Assembly: GCF_001194135.2 (NCBI RefSeq)
Contig: NC_068986.1
Location: forward strand, 3,225,453-3,278,109
Direction: 5' to 3'
From: Octopus bimaculoides
Taxonomy: Eukaryota
Length of the DNA stretch: 52,657 bases
A model generated the notes under the pieces. It had not been told where the DNA came from. It saw only the letters and a list, made by a program, of their open reading frames with translations, and made no database searches. Each line of letters opens with the position of its first letter. Position 1 is the stretch's first letter. The position numbers and the translations under genes are program-made. Positions 10,894-24,234 of this stretch are shown in pieces.

Positions 10894-11849
10894 AGGGAAG
10901 GGAGAGAGAGAGAAGTATGCCTATGTGTGTGTCCCATGTTTTCGAAAAATTCTGGCTTTTCTTTTGATTTTTGGACTTGGGATTTAATTTAACCGGCAAC
11001 TTGAGTATGGTTACTTTTTTTATTTGAGGCTGGTGAGGAAACGGCGGAACAGCGGGGCGAGTGGTGAAGCAACTTTCTATACCCAGTTAAGTTCCTTTAT
11101 TTTCTAGATTCAGACCCCTTCGAAGTCGATATAAATAATCGTTTTATGATTCTAGGGTCGCAATAACTACTCAGTCAATGTATTCAACGGTTGTCCTCCA
11201 CCACCCCACCCTACCCCAACCAACAATTTACTATTGTTTTAATGATAGCAATGACTATTTCCTTATTATTGATGTATAGGTTTTGTAACCAAGTTGTTTC
11301 AAGTTCAGTCCTACAGTGCGCCGTCTTGTCTAAGTGTTTTATGTTATTGTTTCGGGCCGCCAATAGCTTGTGAGTGAATTTTGTTGATGGATTCTGTGAG
11401 AGCTCGTCGTGTTTATATATATATGTGTGTATGTGTGTTTGTCCCCTTCTCCACCACTTGTTGCCGGCGTTGGCTAGTTTAAGTCCCTGTAACCTAGTGG
11501 TTTGGCAAAAGACTGATAAAATAGGTACTGGACGGAAAAGTAAACACTGGTTCTCGATTTGTTGGACTTAGACTACAAGCCAATGCTACATGTCCAATGT
11601 CCAGAAACTTGAAGTAAGTAAAATATTATAGAGTATAGCAAAAATATAGCCAGAAGATATGATGTACATCCCTGTAAATAATTTGGTCAAATCTTGCACG
11701 GGAAAAATTTTGAAATTTCACTGATCCATATAAAATTTTTCTGAAACTCGATGGCAAGTACTCTACATCAGTTTCTCTCGTTGGTGGATACCAACTGATT
11801 TAGCTTACAAGACTTATGCATTATTGCTATTAATATGTGGTCGAATATA

Positions 11850-12030
11850 CAGGGCGATAAGCTAGCGGAATAGTTAGCACCCTGGGCAAATTGCTTAGCA
11901 GCATTTCGAACATCTTTACGTTCTGAGTTCCTGTTCCTACTACGTTGACTTTGCCTGTCATCCTTTCGGTGTCGATGAAATAAGTAGCAGTTGAACACAG
12001 GGGTCAATGTAATCGACTTAACCCTTTCCC
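11850..12030 (+). mobile_element. SINE family B copy
   Basis: agggcgataagctagcggaatagttagcac...ttacgttctgagttcc...tcatcctttcgg.gtcgat.aaataagta. Confidence 0.75.
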
Positions 12031-12919
12031 TCGACGTTACTGACCGGCTAAGTAGGAGTAGTGTACTGTGTGGATTAGGGAACAATATTTGGGCAATAAG
12101 GATATATAAGCTGCTTATAGAAGAATTGAATGATATGTAGTGTTTTCATATGCAATAGAATATTACGATGAAAGCAAAAGACACTCTCCACTTAATGAAA
12201 TTGAAATAGGAAAATATATTTACGTTGCCGGCATGAAACCATTACTGTTATGTATATTTAGAGGCTATAGATATAATATCCTCTTCTGCTGACCACGCCT
12301 AAATCAAACGAATTATAATATACATTTCAGGCTGGAAACATGCTAAAGATGATTAATGAAGAGATAACATTACCAGAAATAAGCTCTATTAAAGGAAGAT
12401 CTGCACAAATAATGTTGACATAAATAGACCGAGAGTTTAGGCGGCAAATTGGTCGAGTCATTAGAGTGCTGTGAATTCATTTTGGTCTTTGTTCCGACTC
12501 TCTGCTGTGAGTTCGAAACCCAGCGAGGTCAACCTCGCGTTTCATCTTTTCGCAATACAAGCGTAGGAGAGTGAGTGTATTTCCAAAATTGTTAGATCTT
12601 TGGCTGGGATACTTTACAATATCCGTTTCAGATCAGTGAATTCTAAGTTCAAATCCCGCCCTGTTATCGATAACACTTCTGCCAGGAATTGCGACCGACA
12701 AATAAAATCATCGAACCGAGGAAACATAGATCCCCCCGACTGAAATTGGGAAGCACAGTTTTTTTGGCTGGACTGAGAAAATCGACTGCCACTATCAGCT
12801 CAAGTTCAGACATTTTAAATTTCTGAATATATATATGTCCCATATATATATATTCAAAAGAGTGTCTTGGAGGGAAATACTGCTGTATAAATCTTGTTTA
12901 TTATCAACATGTTATTAAG

Positions 12920-13142
12920 ATGAAGGCTACGAGCTGGCAAAATCGTTAGCACGCCGGAAAAAATCCTTCCCGGCATTTCGTTGTCTTTACGTTCTGAGTT
13001 CAAATTTCGTCGGGGTCGACTTTGCTTTTCATCTTTTCGGGATCGATAAAATAAGTACTAGTTGATCACTGGGGATCGAAGTAATCGACTTATTCATCCC
13101 CCACCCCCGTAATTGCTAGCCTTGTGCCAAATTTGAAGCCAA
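12920..13142 (+). mobile_element. SINE family B copy
   Basis: gaaggctacgagctggcaaaatcgttagcacgccgg...ctgagttcaaatttcg...gccttgtgccaaatttgaagcc. Confidence 0.85.
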
Positions 13143-13904
13143 TATAAAATTAGCAGTTAATAGTACTATGAATCGGTTACAGTTTAGGTTGCAAGAAGCT
13201 TGAGGTTGATCTTGCTGGGTTTCGAACTCACAGCAGAGAGTCGGACCAAAGACCGAAAGGAATTCTGTACAGCACTCAAATGACTCGACCAATCTGCCGT
13301 TCTATATTCAAGCAATAATTTAAGATACCATAATAGAAATCCTACCTCCATACATACACACAACAGCTATGTTTCAGCCAAATTCTATCGCCATATGACT
13401 ACGTCCCAGTAACTTATTCAAACATTGAAAGAATTTGTGTGAAGTTCACGAATTTGAATAAGATTGTATATTGTGAAAAAAAATGAAGATTCTCGCATTT
13501 CCTGATTGAAACGTTTTTTTCCTTCTGGGTGCCGAGGTGTGCGGAGGAGAGAAATCTCACATCGGATATAAAATGTCAAATTCCTTTCCTCGTACCCCAT
13601 ATACAAAGTTCACCAGAATTATAAACTTTGCTGTCAATGCCGCTATTGCTGCCACCGCTAGTGCTGCCTCCGCCAGTTTCTACAGACAATTTTTTTCCCT
13701 CATGATTCAATGAATCATCGTTTAAAAAGTTATATTATAAAATTATATTATAAACTGCGGCAAATGTACTTAAATATTATTAAGATAACAATCGTTTGTT
13801 TCATGTCTGTTTTTGTATTTTGAATTTATTTCGTTTATAAAAATTGAGGGTAAAATTACATGACTAGTTTATTATTTCTTCCTGATGTTTGGCAGACGTT
13901 GGAA

Positions 13905-14960
13905 TAATAGATTTTGGTACAAGGCCAGCAATTTCGGAGTAAGTCGATTACCTAGATCTCGGTGTTCAATTGGTACTATTTTATCGATCACGAACGATGA
14001 AAGGCAAAGTCGACCTCGGCAGAATTTGAACTCAGAACGTAATGAGGGGGAAATACAAATAAGCATTATGTCCGGTGTGCTATCCTTTCTACTAGTGGGA
14101 CAATTTTGGGTGAGAGCGCTAGTCGATTCATCGACGCCATTACTCAGCTGGTACTTATTTTATCGACAATAATGATGATAGTTTCAGATTTTGCCACAAG
14201 GACAGCAATTTTAGGGAGGGGACTAGTCGATTACATCAACCCCAGTGTTCAACTGGTACTTATTTTATCAACCCTGAAAGGATGAAAGGTAAAATCGACC
14301 TCGGCGGAATTTGAACTCAGAACGTAGCGACGGGCTAAGCATTTTGCCCGGCATGCTAACGATTTTACCAGCTCGCCGCCTTATCGACAATAATAATAAT
14401 ATTTATTATTATTATTATTATTTTGATTTTGGCACAAGGCCAGAAGTTCCGAGAAGGGAGAAGGCAGGTCAATTTATCGACCCCGAAACAATAAAAGGCA
14501 AAGTCGACCTCGGCGGAATTTGAACTCAGAACGTCACGAGTCGGAAAAGTGCTCTAACGACTCAGGTAAATTCACGCCTTTCACTTTTATAATAGTTGTT
14601 CCTAACTTAGGCACAAGGAAAACGGTGTTAGAAGGGAGGGATTAGTCGGTCCCAGTAATTAACTATCACTTTATTTTATCGTCCCAGGAGGAGTGAAAGG
14701 TAAATCTATCCTTGGAATGAACTTAGGATGTAAAAAGGTGGTACAAATCCCACAAGGCATTTTTGACTCTCTAACCATTCTGCCAGTTCACCGTCCTTTG
14801 CTCTCATTGTAAGAATTGTTTCTAACTAAGACCGGTGCAGGAGTTAGTTGATGCTATCGACTCTAGTAAATGATCAATATTTTACTTTATCGACTCCGAA
14901 TGGCTTAAAAAGCAAAGTTAACCTCCGTGGGATCCGAACCTGGAACATAAAGAACCACAG
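13905..14960 (-). mobile_element. Co-oriented cluster of about six full or partial SINE family B copies
   Basis: Repeated units starting ggcacaagg/ggtacaagg and containing gtcgacctcggcggaatttgaactcagaacgt at ~13911, ~14190, ~14430, ~14600 and ~14830, with (AAT)/(TAT) spacers. Confidence 0.8.
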
Positions 14961-15644
14961 GGAACATTGCGGATTTTTTTTTATATATAGTTTCACAATT
15001 CTGTCATCATACAAAGCTAACAGGTTTGGGTAGAGGGCACAGCAGATAAAATTGAGTCTACAACTTGAGTTTCATTCCGCGAGGGTTGTACTAGAAACAG
15101 TGATGTACTGAGATGAATTCTATTGATTTAAACTTAAAGGTATGCGACTGAAATCATTATAGTTGTATACATTTACTTTCTAATTTCAAATCCCGTTGAG
15201 GTCGATTTTGTCTTTCATATTCCTGGAGTCGATAAAATACGTAGCAGTTGAATACTGGGGTCCAATTAATTGATTGTATTCATTCTCCACGTTTGATACC
15301 AAGGTTTGGCCGGCGGTATTGGCAGAGTTAGTTGTTTCTTTTGTTTGAAGTCGTAACTAATATAGAACTAAAACACTTTATCAGTTAAATTAACCATTTT
15401 CTAACTGAAATGAAAAATACAATGTTTCTGTTTATATTGTTTTTTGTTGAATAATTTCGGTGAGTTCTTCTTGACCAAATCAACGTTGAGTGACAAAAAA
15501 GTCTTAGAATTCAAACATCTTGGTTATGCAAATATTAGCTGTGCAATGGTCGTTTTGGACAAAAGGTCATTATAATCGCCCGATCCATTGACAGCTATCT
15601 TGTCTGAAGGAATGAAACTAAGCCAATAATCAATGTATATTGTA

Positions 15645-15915
15645 TAGGCGCAGGTGCGGTTGTGTGGCTGTGAGGTAAGAAGTTTGCTTTCCAACCACAT
15701 GGCTTCAGGTTCAGTCTCACACTGTGACACCTTTGGGTGTCTTCAACTATGGCCTTAGGTCGACCAAAGCTTTGTGAGTGGATTTGGTAGAGGGAAACTG
15801 ATAAAAAAGATAAGTACTGTGGTCGATTCATTCAGCTGAAAATTCCTCAAGGTGGTGCCCCAGCATGGTCGCGGTCTAATGACAGAAATAGGTAAAAGAT
15901 AAAAGATAAAAGATA
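15645..15915 (+). mobile_element. SINE family A, internally deleted copy
   Basis: ataggcgcagg...gtggctgtgaggtaagaagtttgc...ggttcagtc...gaccaaagctttgtgagtggatttggtag...ccccagcatggtcgcgg...aaagataaaagataaagataa. Confidence 0.8.
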
Positions 15916-16050
15916 ATCACCAAAACATATGATCAATAGGAGCGGGGCCGGCTCCCATAAAAGAGGTGTTGCTATTGCTACGCATATAGGCATCGTAGAC
16001 TGCATCCAGAGAAGAACCACTGGACTGATTGGTATAAAATCATTGATACG

Positions 16051-16125
16051 CTCCGGCCTCTGACCCACAGACGTGCTCCGGCCTCTGACCCACAGACGTG
16101 TTCCGGCCTCTGACCCACAGACGTG
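16051..16125. repeat. Three-copy 25-bp tandem repeat (ctccggcctctgacccacagacgtg)
   Basis: Units at 16051, 16076 and 16101, with one substitution in the third and no spacers. Confidence 0.95.
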
Positions 16126-17232
16126 CTGCTTCTTTTCTCTTGTTTTTTTCTTTCTTCTTTCTATCGGTACACTAATGGAGCTTCGTTCAAACGCCCACGA
16201 TTCGCTTGTCCCTTTACCCCTCATCACTCTTATTGTGTCCAACCCCATCGGCTCCGCTCTAACCATTTTGCTGAATTGTTAAATGATTTCGGTCAAGATG
16301 GAAAAGGCGCAGTCAAGAAGAAAGAATTGAAAGCTCGTTGTGACCAGCGATATAGTTTGGTCAATACGGTAAACAGTCATAAATGATAAAAAACATCGTT
16401 TTGTTTTATAAGTGTGTACTGAGATCAATTTTCCTTCACTATTCGATAGAAAGTACAAATCGAGTACTGAGTGTTGATGTAATCAACTTACTCATCCCCT
16501 CAAAATTTCGGGCCTTGTACCAAAACTTGGAAAGAGAATTAAGTTTTAAATCTAAGAGAAAACATCTGAAAATGAAAGTATCGAAAGTGCTGGTGTTAAG
16601 TAGGAATAAGCACAGTCTAAACTGTTTGGGCTCCGATGTTATGACACCTTTTCATGTTATGTCAATGTCTGGCAAAAGTAACTGTTGTAAGTTTTAGGTG
16701 TTTAGTTCCAGGTGAACTCTGGTCAAGCAGAGTTCCAGTCGTAGCCATCGCTTATTTTCAGACAATATATCCAGAACTACATTACCCAACGTATTTTTCC
16801 TTTTGTCTAAATCGTAAACTATGGCTTCATGAGAAATTTAACTTAACTACTATTTCTATCAAGTTCATTAACCGTATAGAGTCTCCTTGCTGCCCCGTTT
16901 AAAGTGTAATAACTTCAGCCAGGAAGAGAATCTATGTCGCTGACTCGATTAACCAGGAGTTTATATTTGTTCCAGGATATTCAACTCAAATTTACAAAGT
17001 AAATAAATGAATAAATATATAAATAAAGCAAAACTACAAAATATTTCACTTCAATATTTTATTATATTTTCACGAATATGTATTAACAATAGTTTGACTC
17101 GGTTCCGAGTGACTTAAAGTTTCGTGGGCGCATAGGATACGTCCATCTAAAAATAAAATATTCAAAAAGATGGATTTAAGATATTTAAAGGTGCCTTAGT
17201 AGAGTGTCAGCCGAATGTTTTTAACTGATAAC

Positions 17233-17367
<135 letters not shown>

Positions 17368-17835
17368 GAAATGGATATACAAAAAGAAATATTAAAATTT
17401 TATCTTCCGTATATACTAAGAGACACGTGTTTATCGCAAGCAACTGGTTTGAAATATTGCAAACTTAACACTATCGTTAACTCTCCTTTATCGGTTACCA
17501 TTACTGGCATATGAAGGTGACATTCAGTAGAAGGAGATAGAGATGAGGTCTTCTAACAACGTCACTTGTGGAAGTGGTTTAGAGTCGCAATCCTAAAGCA
17601 CTTACTAAGATCTCTAATGCAAGAGACACGCACTTCTGACCTTGCAATAGGGAATATCTCGAGAGTATTGTGCTTTGCCTCGGCTGAAGAGAGACTTGGA
17701 AACAGATTGCTTGTGCAAGTATAGTCGATCGACACTCTGCATACCGGACACCGGTATCAGAGATCATCAGAAGAGAATATATGTTCGGATTTGGCAAAAC
17801 AAAGTTTAACTGGAGGTGAATTGAACTAATATCAT

Positions 17836-18232
17836 TTCAAATTTTGGCATAAGGCCAGCAAGTTCGGGGAGGAGGGGGGAGGTCGATTACATCGGCCCCC
17901 AGTAATCAGCTGGTATTTATTTTATCGATCTTGAAAGGATGAAAAGCAGAGCAGACCTCGGCAGAAAATTCCGCCAAGCACTTTGCCTGTCGTGCTAAAA
18001 GTTCGACTGTTACTACGCTCTGCCTAAGGCAATGAGCTGGTAGAACCGTTAGCACGCTGGGCAAAATGCTTACCGGCATTTCGTCTGAGCTCAAAGTTCC
18101 CCGACGGCGACTTTACCTTTCATCCTTTTGGGGTCGATAAAATAAGTACAAGTTGAGCATCGGGAGTCGATGTAATCAAGTTTCCCCTTTCCCTGAAATT
18201 GTTGGCCTTGTGCCAACATTTGAAATCAGTAT
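17836..18232. mobile_element. Head-to-head inverted pair of SINE family B copies; right copy has a 15-bp TSD
   Basis: Left copy on - (~17836-18005), right copy on + (~18029-18232) flanked by tacgctctg(c/t)ctaag at 18014-18028 and 18233-18247. Confidence 0.8.
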
Positions 18233-18628
18233 TACGCTCTGTCTAAGCCCAAGACAATTGCTTGCTTCTCTGATACTTGCTCAGTCAAGTTAAGTCAACG
18301 AAGTATCAGCAGAGAGCTTCGTATAATTAAAAAGTTAGAAAATACTGTGGATGCTTCATCTATTGACCTATAAGATTGTTTGAAATGACCTTTAACTAAA
18401 TTGTCACATTTATATGCAATATCGTTGTCGGGATATGAAGAATCTTACACTAAAATTTGAATGCAAAATTGAAATCCATCCATCTATCCATCCATCCATC
18501 CATCCATCCATCCATCTATCCATCCATCCATTTCTACCCAAATATTCCTAAGAGGGTCGTGGATATACGGTCCTGAGACACCTTCACCATAGATGAAAAA
18601 TAAGCCAAATCAATGTAATCTATGAATC

Positions 18629-18663
<35 letters not shown>

Positions 18664-18853
18664 ATTTTCTAATGCTTGGAATACACGCACACCAATATAC
18701 ATACAAACACCAACATACATACATACATACATACACACTCACTCCTACACAAATCAAAGAAAATATGAAATATATCTATGTTACTGTTTTAAAAATTCAA
18801 TCTTTACTCAAGAAACAATTACCACCTACGCACGCACAGTCACTCACAATCAC

Positions 18854-18897
<44 letters not shown>

Positions 18898-19396
18898 GCA
18901 GACTCACACACGCACACACACACACACACACACTATCACTCTTTCTCCCCCCCCCCACACACACACAATCACTCACACACACAGAGTCAATAGCATGCTA
19001 TGTATATGCACACACAGGCGTACATATACACACACATGTGTGTATTCATACTGTGATGTATTAAAGAAATCGGCAATGAATTCACTGTATGAAAAATGCC
19101 TCAAGTGTATTCCACCATACACATCACACTGGTATATAAATGGTTTCAAATTTTGGCACAAGTCCAGCAATTTCGTGAATCAACTGGTCCTTATTTTATC
19201 GACCCAGATAGGATGAAAGGCAAAGTCGACCTTGGCAAAATTTGAGCACAAAACGCAAAGGCCGACGAAATGCCGCCATCCATCTTGCGGTAACGATTCT
19301 GCCAAATTAATCGCCCTACGTTGGTATATAATCACAAGCTCATTTATACACACGTACATACATACAGCACAATGCCAAATACGCATGCCAGCATAT

Positions 19397-19402
19397 TTTA
19401 TT
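19397..19402 (-). promoter_or_regulatory. Candidate polyadenylation signal of cyclophilin B copy
   Basis: AATAAA on the minus strand ~120 nt after the stop codon; positional inference only. Confidence 0.3.
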
Positions 19403-19521
19403 TTATAGCTTGCAGACATACAATTAGGTTTTTATCTAAAATAAAATATATATCCCACCCAACAGTAACTTCTGTGTCTCTCTAATTACATATTGTCTAT
19501 AACAGTTACACTTTGATTTTG

Positions 19522-19671
19522 TTAGAGATCTTTGTTGGACAAGCTCTGTGCCTCTGTCAGCTGGTATTTCTTTTCTATACCAACCAGACCACAATCCACG
19601 ATTTTCACAATTGTAAAAGGAACTGCGGTGTCCTTGTGAGACTTAACATTTCCGATTTTTTCTATAACATT
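19522..19671 (-). CDS. Cyclophilin-type PPIase B (PPIB/PPIC-like), coding exon 4 (terminal)
   Basis: Acceptor ttttatattttgcag, phase 0, 150 nt including TAA. Encodes NVIEKIGNVKSHKDTAVPFTIVKIVDCGLVGIEKKYQLTEAQSLSNKDL*. Confidence 0.93.
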   Translation of the reverse strand, partial: NVIEKIGNVKSHKDTAVPFTIVKIVDCGLVGIEKKYQLTEAQSLSNKDL

Positions 19672-19924
19672 CTGCAAAATATAAAAAAAAAGAAAAGAAA
19701 ATATTATAACAACCTATAGTATTAAATACAATGTTAAAAGACATATTAGATAAAGTAATCTGCAATATATTATTCCTAAATGTTTTTGATTATGTTTGTT
19801 TCCCTCGATCAAAGTCGACTTCGAGTTAAGCTACAACAACGATTATTCTTAGCCTTCGGATTCTGCGCTGACCACTTTGGCGGTGACGAGATAGTTTACA
19901 TACACTACGGGCAAATGGTAAGCA

Positions 19925-20410
19925 GTTACTCTTTTATTCTTTTACTTGTTTCAGCCAATGGACTGCGCCATATGGCGGGCACCACGATGTAGAGTTTAGT
20001 TGAAGAAATCGACCTTTGTCCATATTTAAAATTATTTATGCCATCAGTCGCTTTTTTTTTCTTACCAATCGTCAAGCAGTGGGAAAATAAAGACTAAGAT
20101 ACACACGCATACATACATAAATACATACATACGTACATACATACATACATACATACATAAATACATACATATGCATGTACTTAAGTGTGTATATTCTTTT
20201 AATCTTTAACTTGTTACAGTTATCTGACTGCGGCCATGCTGGAGCACCACCTTTAGTCGAAAAAATCGACCCCAGGACTTATTATTTGTAAGCCTAGTAT
20301 TTATTCTAGCGTTCTCTTTGTCAAACCACTAAGTTACGAGGACATAAACACACCAGCATCGGTTGTCAGGCAATGGTGGGGGACAAACACAGGCACACAA
20401 ATACATATGG
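19925..20410 (-). mobile_element. Two partial SINE family A copies separated by (TACA)n
   Basis: ttttacttgtttcagcc..ggactgcg.. at ~19940 and gactgcggccatgctggagcaccacctttagtcgaaaaaatcgaccccagg at ~20226. Confidence 0.75.
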
Positions 20411-20663
20411 ATCTTTTTTAAAACGGGGGCCACATTTTTCATTAATGTTTTACGTAGTGCTTTTGGTACCGAAAGACTTTCAAACTTCGTATACTTATCT
20501 ATTTTGTGTTATAGAACAGAAAAATATTTTTGTATTCGAATTTATTTCATGTAAAAAATTGTCTTATTTCGATAATTTCAACCAATCACTGACAAGTATT
20601 CAGTTGTTTATATTTACTCCTTTGGCTGATTAAGCCATAGCTTCGTTTAATTTACTTTTTTCA

Positions 20664-21204
20664 NNNNNNNNNNNNNNNNNNNNNNNNNNNNNNNNNNNNN
20701 NNNNNNNNNNNNNNNNNNNNNNNNNNNNNNNNNNNNNNNNNNNNNNNNNNNNNNNNNNNNNNNNNNNNNNNNNNNNNNNNNNNNNNNNNNNNNNNNNNNN
20801 NNNNNNNNNNNNNNNNNNNNNNNNNNNNNNNNNNNNNNNNNNNNNNNNNNNNNNNNNNNNNNNNNNNNNNNNNNNNNNNNNNNNNNNNNNNNNNNNNNNN
20901 NNNNNNNNNNNNNNNNNNNNNNNNNNNNNNNNNNNNNNNNNNNNNNNNNNNNNNNNNNNNNNNNNNNNNNNNNNNNNNNNNNNNNNNNNNNNNNNNNNNN
21001 NNNNNNNNNNNNNNNNNNNNNNNNNNNNNNNNNNNNNNNNNNNNNNNNNNNNNNNNNNNNNNNNNNNNNNNNNNNNNNNNNNNNNNNNNNNNNNNNNNNN
21101 NNNNNNNNNNNNNNNNNNNNNNNNNNNNNNNNNNNNNNNNNNNNNNNNNNNNNNNNNNNNNNNNNNNNNNNNNNNNNNNNNNNNNNNNNNNNNNNNNNNN
21201 NNNN
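20664..21204. other. Assembly gap (others at 10357-10366, 27205-27362, 40828-40927, 48778-49287, 50091-50430)
   Basis: Runs of N, most flanked by microsatellites. None interrupts a reconstructed coding exon. Confidence 0.99.
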
Positions 21205-21272
21205 TGTAAGTATGTATATGTGTAAGTATTTATATATATGCATATGTATGTGTGTGCGAGTGTGTGAGTGTT

Positions 21273-21323
<51 letters not shown>

Positions 21324-21377
21324 GCGGGCACACACACATATTAAATGGAAACAAAATACAAAATATTTACTACTTAC

Positions 21378-21562
21378 CATTCCTTTGATGACTTTCCCGA
21401 ATACAACATGCTTTCCATCCAACCATCTGGCTTTGTTCAGAAGAATAAAGAACTGAGAACCGTTTGAGTCCCGTCCGTGATTAGCCATAGAAACATAACC
21501 AGCTGCTTTGTGGCTGAGAATGAAATCTTCGTCATCGAATTTATCACCATAAATAGAACGAC
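21378..21562 (-). CDS. Cyclophilin-type PPIase B, coding exon 3
   Basis: Acceptor tctgtatag, donor ATG|gtaagt, 185 nt (phase 1 to 0). Encodes [62 protein letters not shown]. Confidence 0.97.
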
Positions 21563-22628
21563 CTATACAGAAAATATGACACCAAGTTTTATTATAGAAG
21601 TGTTTCTATAGCATAATTCGAATTTATTCTGCTTATGCAGCACCATTACAAACCAGTAGATAGTTTATACACTATCTGTATATACTTCAGAGCAGCGATT
21701 TCGATTCTATTTCAAAACTGACACGAGTACTCAACATTGATAAGCTGCAACTACGGTGAAATACGTACTTGTTGCTCTCATGATCACTTCTGGGGCGATT
21801 CCGTTTCGCATATCTCTGAAGTATATTGTGTTTTTTTAAATACTATATATCTTTGTAGGGATTTTCCCGGACGGAAAGCCGCAACTTCTGACGTTTAAGC
21901 AACACATACACACGTTAAGTATTTTCTACTGATAATGTTTATATTACAAGCAGTTCTTATACATTTCAAGAAACATTTTGCAAGCCGTTTGGCTTGATAC
22001 AAACACTCTTATCATCTTAATTCATACCATTTCATCAGGCGGTTTCCAATATCACTGTTATTGAAACTTCGACTGCTCACTTGGATTTGATTCCTTAGTG
22101 ACGATATATAAATACGCTTGTCTAACTTGTAACTTTTCGTTCAATTCATAGCTTTTAAAGATTTTACAAAGGTTTCTTGCTGAATCGACCCAAACTAAAT
22201 TAAATCCTGGGTTCGACGTGCTCTTCTAAATCCCTAAAAGGCGTTTAATTACACAAACCAGTAAAAGAATAAGAGTAGTTTTTCCTATATAAAATGCTTC
22301 TATATATTATAATCATAGCTGGTTTCTGCGTTTTTAATTTATGGTTATTTTCCTAGAAATGTCCTGTTTTATGGTCATTGACGTGATAACACACAAAGTC
22401 AACCCTAGAAGCATTTGGACTGCGAAAGTAATAGATACAAGCGGTCTAGTTGCAGTAGAGTTAGATACTTTTCTAGTATGAATTAATATTTTATCAGTAA
22501 GTTTATTGATTAATTGTATTCGTAATTTCCTATATGGGAAATGTTGTATTGATAATTTAATATGATATCAGAGTATATTGGCATTTTATGAATGCATGAA
22601 TATATGCACGCATTATTGCACATCTTTG

Positions 22629-22707
<79 letters not shown>

Positions 22708-22708
<1 letters not shown>

Positions 22709-22920
22709 TGCGTGGACTAGTGGCTAAGGTCACGGCTTCGAGTCTTGGACTAGACAGCGAGCTGTGTCCTTGAGCAAGGTGCTTTGTTTCATAATGCCCA
22801 CTCATCTGAAAATGAGTGTCAGCGGCACTATAAGGACTGGTGCCACATTCAGAGAGGAATCTTGTACTCTCAGATGTTCAAACGCCATGAAAATGGAATA
22901 AGCCCCGATCTAATGGTTCA
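22708..22920 (+). mobile_element. SINE family F-like copy after a (TG)n(AG)n microsatellite
   Basis: gtggactagtggctaagg...cttcgagtc...gtgtccttgagcaagg.gctttgtttc. Confidence 0.55.
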
Positions 22921-23582
22921 ATAAACTCAAGCAGAAGTTAACTATTTTCAAACTGACATACATACATACATACATACATACATACATACATACATACATA
23001 CATACATACATACATGTATGTATGTATGTATGTATGTATGTATGTATATATAAAATGAAAGACCAAAACATTAGGCATCACTCGAAAACATTTAATTTAG
23101 ATAGAGAATATAAATAGATAGAGTCTTTTAGAATTGTTTCTAGAATAGCCAATCATGTGGATCGTGACATTGAGTAAGGCTTCCATAAGCTAGGTATTCC
23201 GCTATCGGGAGAGAGATGTGAGAAAAATATAAAAATAAAGAAACATCGCCAGTTGGGGGATAATAGTACTTTCCAGTTTGACAAAAACTAAAGAAAAATC
23301 TGAGTGAAATAGATATGTGTTGCAGTTCCATGATCGGAAATAATAATAAAGTTATAGGTAAGGACCATTAACAGTTTCCAATGAGAATGTCTGACACATA
23401 CATACACAAAAATACCAGTTGAAAACTGGGGTCGATGTAATCGACTATCCCCCTCCCCCAGAATCGCTGCCCTTGTGACAAAATTTGAAACCGTTACTCA
23501 TACTCTGTACACAAAAGAGAATTTATATTCACACACGAACATTCACGCATGCGTAAATATAAAATATGTAATTGTAGCTTAC

Positions 23583-23676
23583 CTCCCGTGCCATCTCCTT
23601 TTGTAATGTCTCCCATCTGAATGACGAAATCAGGGACGATTCGATGGACGTTTGTGCCTTTGTAATGTAATTTTTC
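23583..23676 (-). CDS. Cyclophilin-type PPIase B, coding exon 2
   Basis: Acceptor atattcacag, donor G|gtaagc, 94 nt (phase 0 to 1). Encodes [31 protein letters not shown]. Confidence 0.96.
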
Positions 23677-23834
23677 CTGTGAATATATTGCAAAGAAAAT
23701 GGTATAAAAGCAACTGCAATAATGGCAATTTTTAAGGTAAAAAAAAAAAACAAAAAACATCAGAGGAAACCGATGAGAATCTGTTTTGTCGGCAAATACT
23801 TTAACGGGTACGGATGGCCCCCCCAAAAAGGACG

Positions 23835-24030
23835 TCCTTAACCGCGGTTCGCGGATCCTCCTGCCCGCCATTCGTTTCACCCTTAGTTCTAAACTTTGCC
23901 AGCTTGAAAATATTGACGGAGAGACTGAATATGATCGACGCCCACCCAGCACTGTTCCAGTTAAGATACTGCTTCGCCATGCCAAAGCTATTGTATACCC
24001 TCCGCAGTGCCCCTTACACAGCCACGTACC
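23835..24030 (+). mobile_element. CRE-clade-like non-LTR retrotransposon fragment
   Basis: Two frames read [18 protein letters not shown] and [37 protein letters not shown], resembling the post-RT LGSPI...RL..IDAH.AL.LLR.C...PKL.Y.LRSAP motif of CRE-like elements (recognised from memory). Confidence 0.55.
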
Positions 24031-24234
24031 TCCCATCTAAGAGGAAGCATGGCAGTCTAAATGTATGCGTAATGAAAGCGAGGAAAGATAAATATCCAAT
24101 ACTTTAGACTTAGATCTTTATCGAGGAAAACAAAATAGAGTTCTGTGCAAAAACTCCATACAGTTCAAGCTTTCACAATTCTGCTTGAAGATAATCTCAT
24201 GAGATGATATTTAAGTGGAGAATTATCCTTCACT

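Noticed and set aside
12150-12290. YYDESKRHSPLNEIEIGKYIYV, faintly like a Gypsy integrase C-terminus or a small exon
   Set aside because: Too short, with no supporting neighbouring motifs or compatible exons.
16051-16125. CRISPR-like look of the 25-bp repeats
   Set aside because: The units are contiguous with no spacers, there are no cas genes, and the context is eukaryotic.
19522-19533. C-terminal NKDL as a KDEL ER-retention signal
   Set aside because: It lacks the Glu, and the paralogue has the aligned NADM followed by six more residues; not supportable without experiment.
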